DNA of 64,000 nucleotides from a virus. The translations under genes were made by a program, and so were the position numbers. The notes below the pieces were generated by a model that saw only the letters and a list, made by a program, of their open reading frames with translations, made no database searches and was not told the origin of the DNA. Shown here one piece after another: positions 1 through 9,008 of this stretch (positions are counted from its first letter, which is position 1; every line of letters starts with the position of its first letter). The stretch lies in IMG/VR virus record IMGVR_UViG_3300045988_093513, positions 1 through 64,000 of that record. One strand, given 5' to 3'.

Positions 1-48
1 GCTAACTAATTACTATTCACAACTTACTATTCATATACTACTCTCATA

Positions 49-66
49 TACTACTACTACTACTAC
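49..66. repeat. (TAC)6 microsatellite in the 5' noncoding leader
   Basis: Six perfect tandem TAC units read directly from the sequence. Confidence 0.8.
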
Positions 67-268
67 TCTATACATATTACTTAAAAGGTGGGCTAATAAA
101 TAATCTTTCGCCGTTTTACATTAGGCTTTTCGCCACTTTTCACCACGAATTAAATTCGATTCCCACGAAGAAACATCGGCTTTTTCCCTTATATCTAGCG
201 ATTTCTCCGTATGGCTTTTCCTCAATAGTGCGTAGTGCAGGTGCACGAAACTATGGGGAAAACTGGAG

Positions 269-297
269 GTTGACAATCCACCGAAAGTTGACAATCC
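269..297 (+). promoter_or_regulatory. Direct repeat GTTGACAATCC x2 (at 269-279 and 287-297), each containing a TTGACA -35-like box. Possible promoter or operator.
   Basis: Two identical 11-mers 7 nt apart. A weak -10-like CATAGT lies 17 nt after the second TTGACA. Confidence 0.3.
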
Positions 298-383
298 CCA
301 CTTGAGCTTACATAGTGACCTGTCGAAAGTTGGCGGGTAGTCGACGGACGGCATACAACTAAACATCCTACGTGTAGTAGCTA

Positions 384-449
384 GAGGCTATCTATTTAAC
401 TCTCTAGCCACTGGCTATTACGCATGGGATAAGAGCTTGAGATAGCCCA
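384..449. repeat. Inverted repeat GAGGCTATCT...AGATAGCC flanking the nested palindrome TAGCCAcTGGCTA. Candidate operator or origin-like element.
   Basis: Read from the sequence. The region lacks a credible ORF. Confidence 0.35.
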
Positions 450-701
450 GCATTTCATACGTAAAGTGCTGGTCAACGTCAACAGAGCCAGCTATTAACG
501 CCTAAACAGTGGGGGTGAAGCGTACTCTTCACATCTACTTACGGATAAGTTATTAGCAAACCCTGGTTATTCTGGTTGAGTGAATAACAGTGAACGAGTG
601 CCTAAACCAATACTTGGGAGCACTATGTAGTTTTTCCAGCGGGTCTTTTCCTGATAAAAGCCTGCTTCCATTGTGTTAATTTTGCGTTGTTTTTATAGGG
701 G

Positions 702-899
702 GTGATTATTATGGCGTTAAAAGATATCGTGAAGGTTTCATGTACAAACTTCAAGGTATACGTGGGGGATAAGATGGTTTATTCCCCATTTAATGGTGTA
801 TTGGCACCGTTTTGGGATAAAAGAGTCCTCTGGATTGACTCAGCGGGTGATATTCTTCTGATTGGTATTGAAGGGAGTGATGAAGATGAGGAGAAATAA
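702..899 (+). CDS. Small hypothetical protein. The real start is probably the ATG at 711.
   Basis: ORF with a G-rich SD (GGGGGTGA) upstream. No recognisable domain. Confidence 0.3.
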   Translation: MIIMALKDIVKVSCTNFKVYVGDKMVYSPFNGVLAPFWDKRVLWIDSAGDILLIGIEGSDEDEEK

Positions 900-1026
900 A
901 ATCTCAATCGAGGAGCATAATGATAATGTTATGCTAGTCTTTTTGGGAACTATAATTGGAATGATTATGGTTCCGGTTTCATACCTGTTAGTAACTGTTA
1001 TGAAATAAACGAGAAAGGAGTGTGCT

Positions 1027-1494
1027 ATGGTCAAGAAAATCGATTGTAGTGTAAGTGGCTATCAGAATAGTCACTTCTTCGTAGAAGATAGCGGTATTAC
1101 CACTACAACCCTCGCTCAGATGGAAAGGTTTACAAAAGGGGATGTAACAGAGATTATCGCTCCCGTTTGGCAACTGTGTGATTCTCGTCATGAGAATCCA
1201 GTTGCTAACCTAGGTGGTATCTTCCCGAAATGCGTTGTTAATCCTATGGATACACGTAAGATGAGGGAAGAAGCCATCGAAAAAATTAAGCCGTATTACG
1301 GATTTGGGGATACCTTGTTCTGTGTAGTAACGGGGATGTCCTCAGCGTTGATTGCGTTAGTAAATGCATGCACAACGCTAGATGTGAAGCTATGTTTGCT
1401 TCACTACAATGTTGTTTACGAATGCTATCAAATGCAGCCTGTGGACAACTACTTCCTCGACAATAAGTTGAGATTAGCCGGAATACGGAGATAG
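1027..1494 (+). CDS. Hypothetical protein (155 aa)
   Basis: Strong RBS AAAGGAG 7 nt upstream of the ATG. No motif recognised. Confidence 0.5.
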   Translation: MVKKIDCSVSGYQNSHFFVEDSGITTTTLAQMERFTKGDVTEIIAPVWQLCDSRHENPVANLGGIFPKCVVNPMDTRKMREEAIEKIKPYYGFGDTLFCVVTGMSSALIALVNACTTLDVKLCLLHYNVVYECYQMQPVDNYFLDNKLRLAGIRR

Positions 1495-1590
1495 GCTTCT
1501 AAAGGGTTGTGCCTTAAACAGCCCTATTCCATGGGGAGCTTCCCCCAAAATATATTGTTTTGCCTATTAAGGCAGAAAGGAGCCATTATC

Positions 1591-1944
1591 ATGGCAGACG
1601 CAAGAATCGAGAAAAGGGATGGGAAATTATTCCTGGTCGCAGAACTGACAAAGGAAACAAGGCAGTATGCGAAAGATGGCAGAGGTCATCGTGCTGGCGA
1701 GAACTATGATACGTTCGTCGCTCATACTTCCGGCTTGGAGTACGATGGAAAGACCTATCGTTTTGACCTCTACATGCCTATGAAGGCGTGGAAATCCACA
1801 GATGATGCGACTAAGAAGAAGCTTCTTGCTACACTGAAGAAGCTTAACTCAGCTAAAGCAGCCGAAATGAAAGATGCCTCTGTGGAAGAAATTACAGAAG
1901 CCATTAAAGAGCATTTAGCTAGCATGCTCTCTGCTCTCCAGTAA
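1591..1944 (+). CDS. Hypothetical protein (117 aa). Start re-assigned to the ATG with an AAAGGAG RBS.
   Basis: The ORF track starts at 1507, but the ATG at 1591 has a consensus SD (GAAAGGAGCC). Confidence 0.45.
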   Translation: MADARIEKRDGKLFLVAELTKETRQYAKDGRGHRAGENYDTFVAHTSGLEYDGKTYRFDLYMPMKAWKSTDDATKKKLLATLKKLNSAKAAEMKDASVEEITEAIKEHLASMLSALQ

Positions 1945-1960
1945 GAAAGGTGGTATCTCT

Positions 1961-2221
1961 ATGAAATACTCCAAGATGGCTTTCGTCAAAGCTATCCTAC
2001 ACGGTTGTGCAGATAGCTATTTCATTGATGACAACGGTAATGTCCGCACTAAGACTGCAACCGTTAATCACGATAGGGTTATTGTACGGGATGGAAAGTC
2101 CCGTACAAAATACTCAATCTCTGGTTTCATGTATATGTTAGCTAGGACTATGGGTGTACAGCCCACATACGACGATGTATTAAATGGGTTAGATACCCAT
2201 GCCAATGTTTTGGCAGAATAG
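1961..2221 (+). CDS. Hypothetical protein (86 aa)
   Basis: RBS AAAGGTGG upstream. Tightly packed in the operon. Confidence 0.45.
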   Translation: MKYSKMAFVKAILHGCADSYFIDDNGNVRTKTATVNHDRVIVRDGKSRTKYSISGFMYMLARTMGVQPTYDDVLNGLDTHANVLAE

Positions 2222-2229
2222 GGGGAACT

Positions 2230-3135
2230 ATGCCAAGTTCAGAAGATTTAATGTTTGCCAATTATTCTAGCAAACTGGGGAGAATTATTACAGGGAGAAA
2301 CTGCTCCCTGTTAAAGGACGGTCGCCAGAGACGCCATTTCGGCATTGAAATCGAGGCTTGCGATTATGACCCCAATGACTATGTAGACTATGAAACTGGG
2401 GAGAATGCAAAGTATCGCCTGTTCAGTCCGTTTGACGGGATGGATAGTCTTGGGCAGATTAAGGATGATTGCTCCTTAGTCGGGAACCATTTCGAGTTTA
2501 TAACAGCCCCGATGACCATGGAGTTACTGAAGGGGCTTAATTGGGCAGGTTTCTTCGATGTTATTAGGTCTGCTGACTATCAACAGACTGACTTCGATGA
2601 GAGTGACGCAGCTGGGATTCACGTCCACGTCAACAGGAAGTCCTTCCACCATCCATTTGAAGCTGCCGTGAACGCATTAGCGTTCATTACGGAGAATGAG
2701 GATACAATCCGTCGGTTCGCTCGTCGCTCCAAGGAACAGTGGGATAACTGGTGCAGTTCACCATACGAATTGTCCCTCTGCCCCGATAGGTTCATCAGTA
2801 AAATCAAAAATGGGGATTATAGTCAATTTGGCTATGGGTATGATTCCCGCTTACGGGTGGACGAAACAAGGTACACATCGGTCAACTTTTGTTCCCATAA
2901 CACATGGGAACTTAGGATTTTCAACTCTACGTTGAGAACTCCGGAAATGTATAATATTCTGGACTTTGCCGAAGCGTTATGGGAACTGGCAGATACGGAC
3001 CACTACGAAATGAGCCTCGAGGCTATGAGTGACAAGCTCATGGAACTTGGAAATCCTACTGCTGCCAATGAGATGTTCCATCCGCCTATAGACACCTATG
3101 CAGACTACGACTACGGTTGCGACAGAGATGACTGA
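2230..3135 (+). CDS. Amidoligase (COOH-NH2 ligase, GCS2-like) family protein
   Basis: GIEIEACD (GxExE) motif near the N-terminus. GIHVHVNRKSF motif and the amidoligase-typical layout. RBS GGGGGAAC. Confidence 0.55.
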   Translation: MPSSEDLMFANYSSKLGRIITGRNCSLLKDGRQRRHFGIEIEACDYDPNDYVDYETGENAKYRLFSPFDGMDSLGQIKDDCSLVGNHFEFITAPMTMELLKGLNWAGFFDVIRSADYQQTDFDESDAAGIHVHVNRKSFHHPFEAAVNALAFITENEDTIRRFARRSKEQWDNWCSSPYELSLCPDRFISKIKNGDYSQFGYGYDSRLRVDETRYTSVNFCSHNTWELRIFNSTLRTPEMYNILDFAEALWELADTDHYEMSLEAMSDKLMELGNPTAANEMFHPPIDTYADYDYGCDRDD

Positions 3136-3253
3136 TAAATAGTGAGCCTATTGAGTGTGGGTAACTAAGTGTGTAACGATGTTACCCATACTAATAGCCC
3201 CATTATTTAGTAGGGGTAGTATTAGTTGCTACTGGACAAAGTAGCAGAAAGAG

Positions 3254-4324
3254 GTGTCTATGTGTATTATCGCAGTATATCCAAAGGGTTTGCCGTTTAA
3301 CAATGGAGAACTCAAGAAGTGCTTTGAAAATAACCCCGATGGTGCTGGGGTTATGTGGCAAGAAAAGGGAAAGGTCCATATCAAGAAGGGCTTCATGAAA
3401 CAGAAGTCTCTGCTTAAATTCCTGAAAACCTTGCCGACAAATGTAGACAGGGTGATTCATTTCAGAATCGCCACGTCTGGTAAGGTTAGCGGTGCTTGTT
3501 GTCATCCATTTCCCGTGGCTGGAGATTTCAAACAGATGATGAAAACGGAAAGCGTGGCACCAGTTGCCTACGCTCATAACGGCGTATTGACAGATTATAC
3601 GCCCAAGGAAGGTATGAAATCCCCATTCTCAGATACGATGATTTTCGGGAAAGAGGTGCTCAATCACCTGCTTGATACAGGTATTGACCTATTTGACCCG
3701 ATTATCGATGTCATGCTTGAGGCAACCATCGACGGAGATAGAATGGTTATCATGAACGACCATGAACTCATTACTCTTGGAAAGTTTGTCACAAGCAAAA
3801 CCAGTGGTGCTCAGTATTCAAACACGTCTTACTCTTACAGTAGAAACATATTCAAATCTTACGGCTACTATGATTATTATTCCGACCCATGTGCGTCTTA
3901 TTATTCTGGTGGTTGTAGTTCTAGCAAAACTACTGGCAAGAAAGGAACAACGGATACTAAAAGCGTTACGTTGTCAAAAGGGTATAACGATAGCGACATC
4001 TGTGTTAGCTTTACCGCAGAAATTACATTCGACCCGTCAAGTAAGGCAGTTCTTGGCTACACCCGTATGGACTACGAGAATTTCGTGTACGAGAACTTGG
4101 AAGAACGTAATATCTACGGCATCGACGTTGCTATCACTGGTGTAGGAGACCATGCTATTACGTTTGAGGTAAAATGTATGGCTTACATGAGTGAAATTTG
4201 TGCACCATTCCATAACATCCACAATGGCTCGACCATTCATGACACTTGGGTAAGTAACAATAAAGAATACGCAAATATCAGTGTTGATATTGCAATATCT
4301 GATTTGTGTTTTGATAAGGAGTAA
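3254..4324 (+). CDS. Class-II (Ntn-hydrolase) glutamine amidotransferase-like protein with a C-terminal S/Y/G-rich low-complexity tail
   Basis: N-terminal MCIIAVY places a nucleophilic Cys at position 2, as in Gn-AT class II. RBS AGAAAGAGG. Confidence 0.5.
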   Translation: MSMCIIAVYPKGLPFNNGELKKCFENNPDGAGVMWQEKGKVHIKKGFMKQKSLLKFLKTLPTNVDRVIHFRIATSGKVSGACCHPFPVAGDFKQMMKTESVAPVAYAHNGVLTDYTPKEGMKSPFSDTMIFGKEVLNHLLDTGIDLFDPIIDVMLEATIDGDRMVIMNDHELITLGKFVTSKTSGAQYSNTSYSYSRNIFKSYGYYDYYSDPCASYYSGGCSSSKTTGKKGTTDTKSVTLSKGYNDSDICVSFTAEITFDPSSKAVLGYTRMDYENFVYENLEERNIYGIDVAITGVGDHAITFEVKCMAYMSEICAPFHNIHNGSTIHDTWVSNNKEYANISVDIAISDLCFDKE

Positions 4325-4341
4325 CAAGAAAGGAGAATAAC

Positions 4342-6852
4342 ATGCCTAGATACTGTAGATTTGATGATGACGTAATGTTTCACCGTTCGTTGGCAAGCAT
4401 TTTACATAAACCAAGAGCTATTGGTGTTAGACTGACTGACCCCAATCTCCACACTCTTAAACGGAACATTGCTGGCATTACATTTAATGTACAAGAATAC
4501 GTAGAAAGATATGGCACCTCGGGTTCCGGTTTCATTTGGTGTACTCAGGAAGAGTATGAACATAACTGGACCTACTTGGCGAGCGAGGTGTTACGCAGAT
4601 GCTTGCGTGTATATCCAGGTGACGAGGGTTATTCAGTTGTCCTAGCGAAAGATATGCCAAAGTTTTCGGTAGGTATTACGAAGAATTTGGATGTAGTCGT
4701 AAGAGATGCAAGTGGACGTTGGTTGTATCTTGAAAAGACAGGCAACACCATCGAATCAGTCGTGTCTGATGTTCCGCCAGAATGTGCCGTTGTTTATAGC
4801 CCTGGCAACGAGGATATAGAAAAGCGTCTCTCGACAGATAGGTATTGGGTAACTATTCGTGGTGGCAAGTACGTAATCATAAGGCCACCGCTTAACTGTC
4901 CTGATAACATCGTTGTCCCATACGGTACGTTCTTTAACTCCCGCTTCGTATTTCATGGGGACGACAGTTACCTATTTGAACCATCACCAGCAGCTCGTGT
5001 ATTGCTTATTGGGAACAGTGAACTGACAACATATCAAGCCCCAAGTTGCGGAGTATACGGACAGCTTGTACTTCACGAAGATGACGATAAAATGTATATG
5101 ACATTGACACCAGTTTATCCAGATATCTTCGGTCGTAGGATTACACGTAAATACAATGACGTAAGCGGCTCTGTGTTTCAAGAATCTTCTTATGAATTCT
5201 GTGGCTCTTTGTCTTGTCGGTTCAATTTCAACACGAGGAATGACAGGTACGTAGATTGCTTAAATGGTGACACTCTTAACATCGGAGACCGCCCTGACAT
5301 GTATAACGGGATGCCAACGAGAGGAGAAACATTTGACGACCATTTCGTGGTTGAAAATGGATTCATCCATTCTGTATGGCTTCGTATGATGTCTGTTGAC
5401 GACGATGGCAATAAAGTATACAAGAATGTAGACACAGATGATTTCGTCATGAATCTGTTGTCTAATCCCGAACCACTGTCGGGACACGCTCTGTCGTATA
5501 AAGGAGAGAATTATCGGTGGGATGGTAGAAATGCTGCGTGGATTCGTGAAGAGGATGCCATATACATTCCACCAGTGCTTAGGCATAACTCATTCGACGT
5601 ATTCACACATTGTAGATTCGTCGTTTACACGACGTGTTCTTTATGTCACGCAAAAACTATATACACCGAACGCACCGATAGGTATACGTTCATTTACTTC
5701 ATCGATGGCAAGAGATACAGTAAGTCTCTGTGTGATAATTGCCTTTATACAATTCTCCACGGTGGTATACTGGACATTCCGATTGAAGATGGTAGTGTGT
5801 TACACGTCAGTGAACGTGGACTGATTAGTTGCAACGAAGGGTATACATTGTCAAAGTGGTGGGTGTTAGATTCCGAAGAAGGAGTAGGAGAAGGTTTCAT
5901 CGATGAACACGCAATATGGGACCATGAAAGGCAAGAATGGAAACTGGAAAATGATAACGACGGTGCATTACGTCTTACCTTAACGTCAGGCGGTTACGTT
6001 ATTAGTGAACGCTACTGCACTCACGTAAACGGGTACTTCTACAAACCTGACCCCATATTTTTCAAGGATAACAACGAGGACACGCAGAAGTTCTTCGGTA
6101 TTGAACTTGAGGTTATGGATGGCGGTGAGAGTTCTCTAAACGCTAAGCGGGTATGTCATAGCCACGAGGAACTGTACGCAAAGCACGATGGTTCACTTGA
6201 TGACGGTATGGAATTAGTGTCCCACCCATGTACGGTTAGCTGGCACTTGACACATCTGTGGGATGACGTTTTATCAAAGCTCCACACGTTGCACTATCAT
6301 GCCCGTAACGGCAGTGGTATTCATGTGCACGTGTCAAAGAAGTATTGGGAAAACAATGGTGGTCTTTGCCGTATCACAAACCTGATTACATTCTGTGACA
6401 TAAACAGAGAAGCGTTAAGACTCTACGCAAATAGAGAAAGAGAGACGTTCGACCATTGGACACACGAGTACATGTCACCAAGTAATACGAAGAAAGTCGT
6501 TGTCAATGCATTGACTAATTTCGGTGATACCGAGGAAGCAATGTGTGATTTATATGACAAATACTCCAGTGTTACCAACCATTATTCCGTAGTCAACCTG
6601 AGTAACACAACTACCGTAGAGATTCGAGCATTCGCAAGTACACTAGATATACACCGCATGCACAGTATTGTCCAGTTCGTAGATGTATTGACGGAGTTAT
6701 CTACTGAGGCAACATTGGGCAACCCAATCACGTTCCAGCTTATTCAGACACGAGCACAGAGCAAAGGATACACCGAGTTATTGCAGGACCCGAAGTTTAT
6801 AAGGGCTATCGATGAAAGTAACTGTTATGTAGATACTCGTGTTTGTTCCTAG
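4342..6852 (+). CDS. Large protein (836 aa) with a C-terminal amidoligase domain
   Basis: Amidoligase motifs FFGIELEV, DGSLDDGMELVSHP and GIHVHVSKKYW. Strong RBS AAAGGAGAA. Confidence 0.55.
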   Translation: MPRYCRFDDDVMFHRSLASILHKPRAIGVRLTDPNLHTLKRNIAGITFNVQEYVERYGTSGSGFIWCTQEEYEHNWTYLASEVLRRCLRVYPGDEGYSVVLAKDMPKFSVGITKNLDVVVRDASGRWLYLEKTGNTIESVVSDVPPECAVVYSPGNEDIEKRLSTDRYWVTIRGGKYVIIRPPLNCPDNIVVPYGTFFNSRFVFHGDDSYLFEPSPAARVLLIGNSELTTYQAPSCGVYGQLVLHEDDDKMYMTLTPVYPDIFGRRITRKYNDVSGSVFQESSYEFCGSLSCRFNFNTRNDRYVDCLNGDTLNIGDRPDMYNGMPTRGETFDDHFVVENGFIHSVWLRMMSVDDDGNKVYKNVDTDDFVMNLLSNPEPLSGHALSYKGENYRWDGRNAAWIREEDAIYIPPVLRHNSFDVFTHCRFVVYTTCSLCHAKTIYTERTDRYTFIYFIDGKRYSKSLCDNCLYTILHGGILDIPIEDGSVLHVSERGLISCNEGYTLSKWWVLDSEEGVGEGFIDEHAIWDHERQEWKLENDNDGALRLTLTSGGYVISERYCTHVNGYFYKPDPIFFKDNNEDTQKFFGIELEVMDGGESSLNAKRVCHSHEELYAKHDGSLDDGMELVSHPCTVSWHLTHLWDDVLSKLHTLHYHARNGSGIHVHVSKKYWENNGGLCRITNLITFCDINREALRLYANRERETFDHWTHEYMSPSNTKKVVVNALTNFGDTEEAMCDLYDKYSSVTNHYSVVNLSNTTTVEIRAFASTLDIHRMHSIVQFVDVLTELSTEATLGNPITFQLIQTRAQSKGYTELLQDPKFIRAIDESNCYVDTRVCS

Positions 6853-8453
6853 AGAAATACCAATTAGATGGCGTTAATCTTATGAAGAGAAAGGACACAT
6901 TCATACAGGCTGACAGTATGGGTATGGGAAAGACTGCACAAGCAATCGAGTACATGAGACAAACTACCGACTGTCACTTTGTTGTAGTGTGTCCTTCTTC
7001 TCTCAAGACTAACTGGTGTCGCGAAATCAATGATTGGTTAGACATAACAGTTCAACCCGATGTCTACACGGGGAATATTATTGTGACTAACTATGAGAAA
7101 GTAGGACGCATGATAGATATGATTGGTGATTATGTGTATAATTTTAAGGGGGTAATATTTGACGAAGCACACATGATTAAAAACGTATACGCCGGCAGAA
7201 CGTATGAAGCTAAACGTCTTGTTGATAAAGTTGGCAATCCAATGATGTTGACAGGAACACCAATATTAAACAGACCCAACGATTTGCTGGGTCTATTGTA
7301 CGTTGGTGGCAAGCTATCAGAGTTCGGTGGTATTGACGCATACACACGGCGATACATTCCCAATGTTGAGAAAGATAACGCCATTTTCTATTGTAACTTT
7401 GCACACCTAGACGAGTTGCACAAAAGGATAGAACCTTTTATTTGTCGCCGTCGATGGTGTGATGTACACCGTCCAGTATTCCCGATTAAGAAAACGGAAG
7501 TTACACTAGGTAGTTTTTCTAACGTCCCATTATCATCAGTCAACATTACTAACATACAAAAGGTAGAGACTGAGGTAATGAAACGTAAACTACCATTAGT
7601 TGTACAATGGATTCAACGAGATTACGATACGCACCACGAGCCTCTGGTAGTATTTGCTAACCATAGGCAGATGATAGACGTATTAAATGCGGTGTTTCCT
7701 AATAGCACCGTAGTGTATGGTGGTATGACGTACAAAGAAAAGGAACAGAGCGTACAGAAGTTCCTTAATGGTGACGCCGATATTATCCTATGCTCACTAG
7801 CTTGTGCTGCTTGCGGACTTAATCTGGTACGTTCTCATAGAGTTGTGTTCGCTGAGTTCCCTTGGGCTAAAGGGATATACGAACAGGCTATTGCTAGATG
7901 TGCAAGACGAGGGCAGACCGAGACGATAGAAGTGTTCGCATTGATTATGGAAAACAGTTACGATAGATATAGACTAGAACAAATGAGATGGAAGTCTGCG
8001 ATAGCAGATGATATTATTGACGGACAGGACAAGAAAGATGGAAGATATTATCTCGGTAATTTACCGCATAGCGTTCTCGCTTGTCTTGAAGATGGTAGTA
8101 TAGATACGTCACCATACTTTGGCATGGACATCTACTCCGATGAATTTATAATAGCAGTCGCAGAGATGTCACGAGATTGGTTGCTTGCTAATACGCAAGT
8201 GAAAGATGACGAGGATATATACTGGGAATGTGTGTTCTGTTGTTTCACGCAGTATGTATTTGGTACGGCTGTTGACCTGTTGTTGCAAGGTTTACCATAT
8301 GATTTATCTAACCTAAGCAACATGAATTTACTGGCAGATATGTCTGGCTACGGTGTGAAAACATTGCAGACTAGATACACATGGTTTCTCAATCGTTGTA
8401 AACAGTTAGGGTTTGACCAGTCGTGGATATTCCTAGCTAGATTTCTTACATAA
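6843..8453 (+). CDS. SNF2-family helicase (DEAH-box)
   Basis: Q-motif LEKYQLDG, Walker A ADSMGMGKT, DEAH box FDEAHMIKN and motif VI QAIARCARRGQTE. The first in-frame ATG is at 6882. The track uses TTG 6843, overlapping the upstream gene's stop. Confidence 0.7.
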   Translation: MFLEKYQLDGVNLMKRKDTFIQADSMGMGKTAQAIEYMRQTTDCHFVVVCPSSLKTNWCREINDWLDITVQPDVYTGNIIVTNYEKVGRMIDMIGDYVYNFKGVIFDEAHMIKNVYAGRTYEAKRLVDKVGNPMMLTGTPILNRPNDLLGLLYVGGKLSEFGGIDAYTRRYIPNVEKDNAIFYCNFAHLDELHKRIEPFICRRRWCDVHRPVFPIKKTEVTLGSFSNVPLSSVNITNIQKVETEVMKRKLPLVVQWIQRDYDTHHEPLVVFANHRQMIDVLNAVFPNSTVVYGGMTYKEKEQSVQKFLNGDADIILCSLACAACGLNLVRSHRVVFAEFPWAKGIYEQAIARCARRGQTETIEVFALIMENSYDRYRLEQMRWKSAIADDIIDGQDKKDGRYYLGNLPHSVLACLEDGSIDTSPYFGMDIYSDEFIIAVAEMSRDWLLANTQVKDDEDIYWECVFCCFTQYVFGTAVDLLLQGLPYDLSNLSNMNLLADMSGYGVKTLQTRYTWFLNRCKQLGFDQSWIFLARFLT

Positions 8454-8469
8454 ACACGGCACACTAAAA

Positions 8470-8504
8470 GGGCGTAACTCACACGGGTTACGCCCTTTTT
8501 TTTA
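8470..8504. terminator. Bidirectional rho-independent terminator between convergent operons
   Basis: 9-bp stem GGGCGTAAC/GTTACGCCC followed by T9 on + strand and an A/T run on the other side. Confidence 0.65.
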
Positions 8505-8996
8505 TTCATTTTCTATCGTCGTGATATCTGGGTTGTGCTTATCGCCCTCAAGCTCCAGTGTTCTAAAGCGTTGTAACAAGTCATAAGTAATCTTACTATC
8601 AGTAGATATAAACTTATTCTCTGTGACTTCTCTCTTATCGGGTGCAGCAAGTCCAGCCCTGTCTAGTATATCTTTACTTGCGTTAAACCTAACGAGTTCA
8701 GAACGTGCGTTAAAGGCTAGGTCTTTTAAGTTCTCATAAATCAATGCACTATCATCAAGAAACTGCTGCCTCATTGCTTCCTGCTTATCAGTGATAAGTT
8801 CTTTCTGTACTCTAGTTAAACCTCCGGTTTTTCCTATCGCACTTCTTGCCTTCTTAATTGGTACACCGGCTGATACCTGTTCGACTACTTGAATATCATC
8901 GTCAGTAACGTAGCGTTGATAGCTTCTCCCTTTCCTGCCAGCTTTCCCATCCTTACGGTTGAAATGTTTATCACCGTATTCTTTTAGTACCGACAA
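8502..8996 (-). CDS. Basic hypothetical protein with a possible HTH DNA-binding region
   Basis: ORF with Lys/Arg-rich N-terminus and a GVPIKKARSAIGKTGG segment. Function unknown. Confidence 0.4.
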   Translation of the reverse strand: MSVLKEYGDKHFNRKDGKAGRKGRSYQRYVTDDDIQVVEQVSAGVPIKKARSAIGKTGGLTRVQKELITDKQEAMRQQFLDDSALIYENLKDLAFNARSELVRFNASKDILDRAGLAAPDKREVTENKFISTDSKITYDLLQRFRTLELEGDKHNPDITTIENE

Positions 8997-9008
8997 TAAA
9001 TCACCTCC

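Noticed and set aside
121-366. 81-aa minus-strand ORF in the 5' leader
   Set aside because: No RBS. It lies inside a repeat and palindrome-rich noncoding region, and its sequence is not protein-like.
6820-6850. Programmed -1 frameshift fusing the amidoligase protein to the SNF2 helicase
   Set aside because: No X XXY YYZ slippery heptamer or downstream pseudoknot was visible. Retained only as a low-probability alternative in the findings.
8502-8996. Small terminase subunit assignment
   Set aside because: Only a vague HTH-like stretch and a basic N-terminus. It is not adjacent to a large terminase. Kept as hypothetical.
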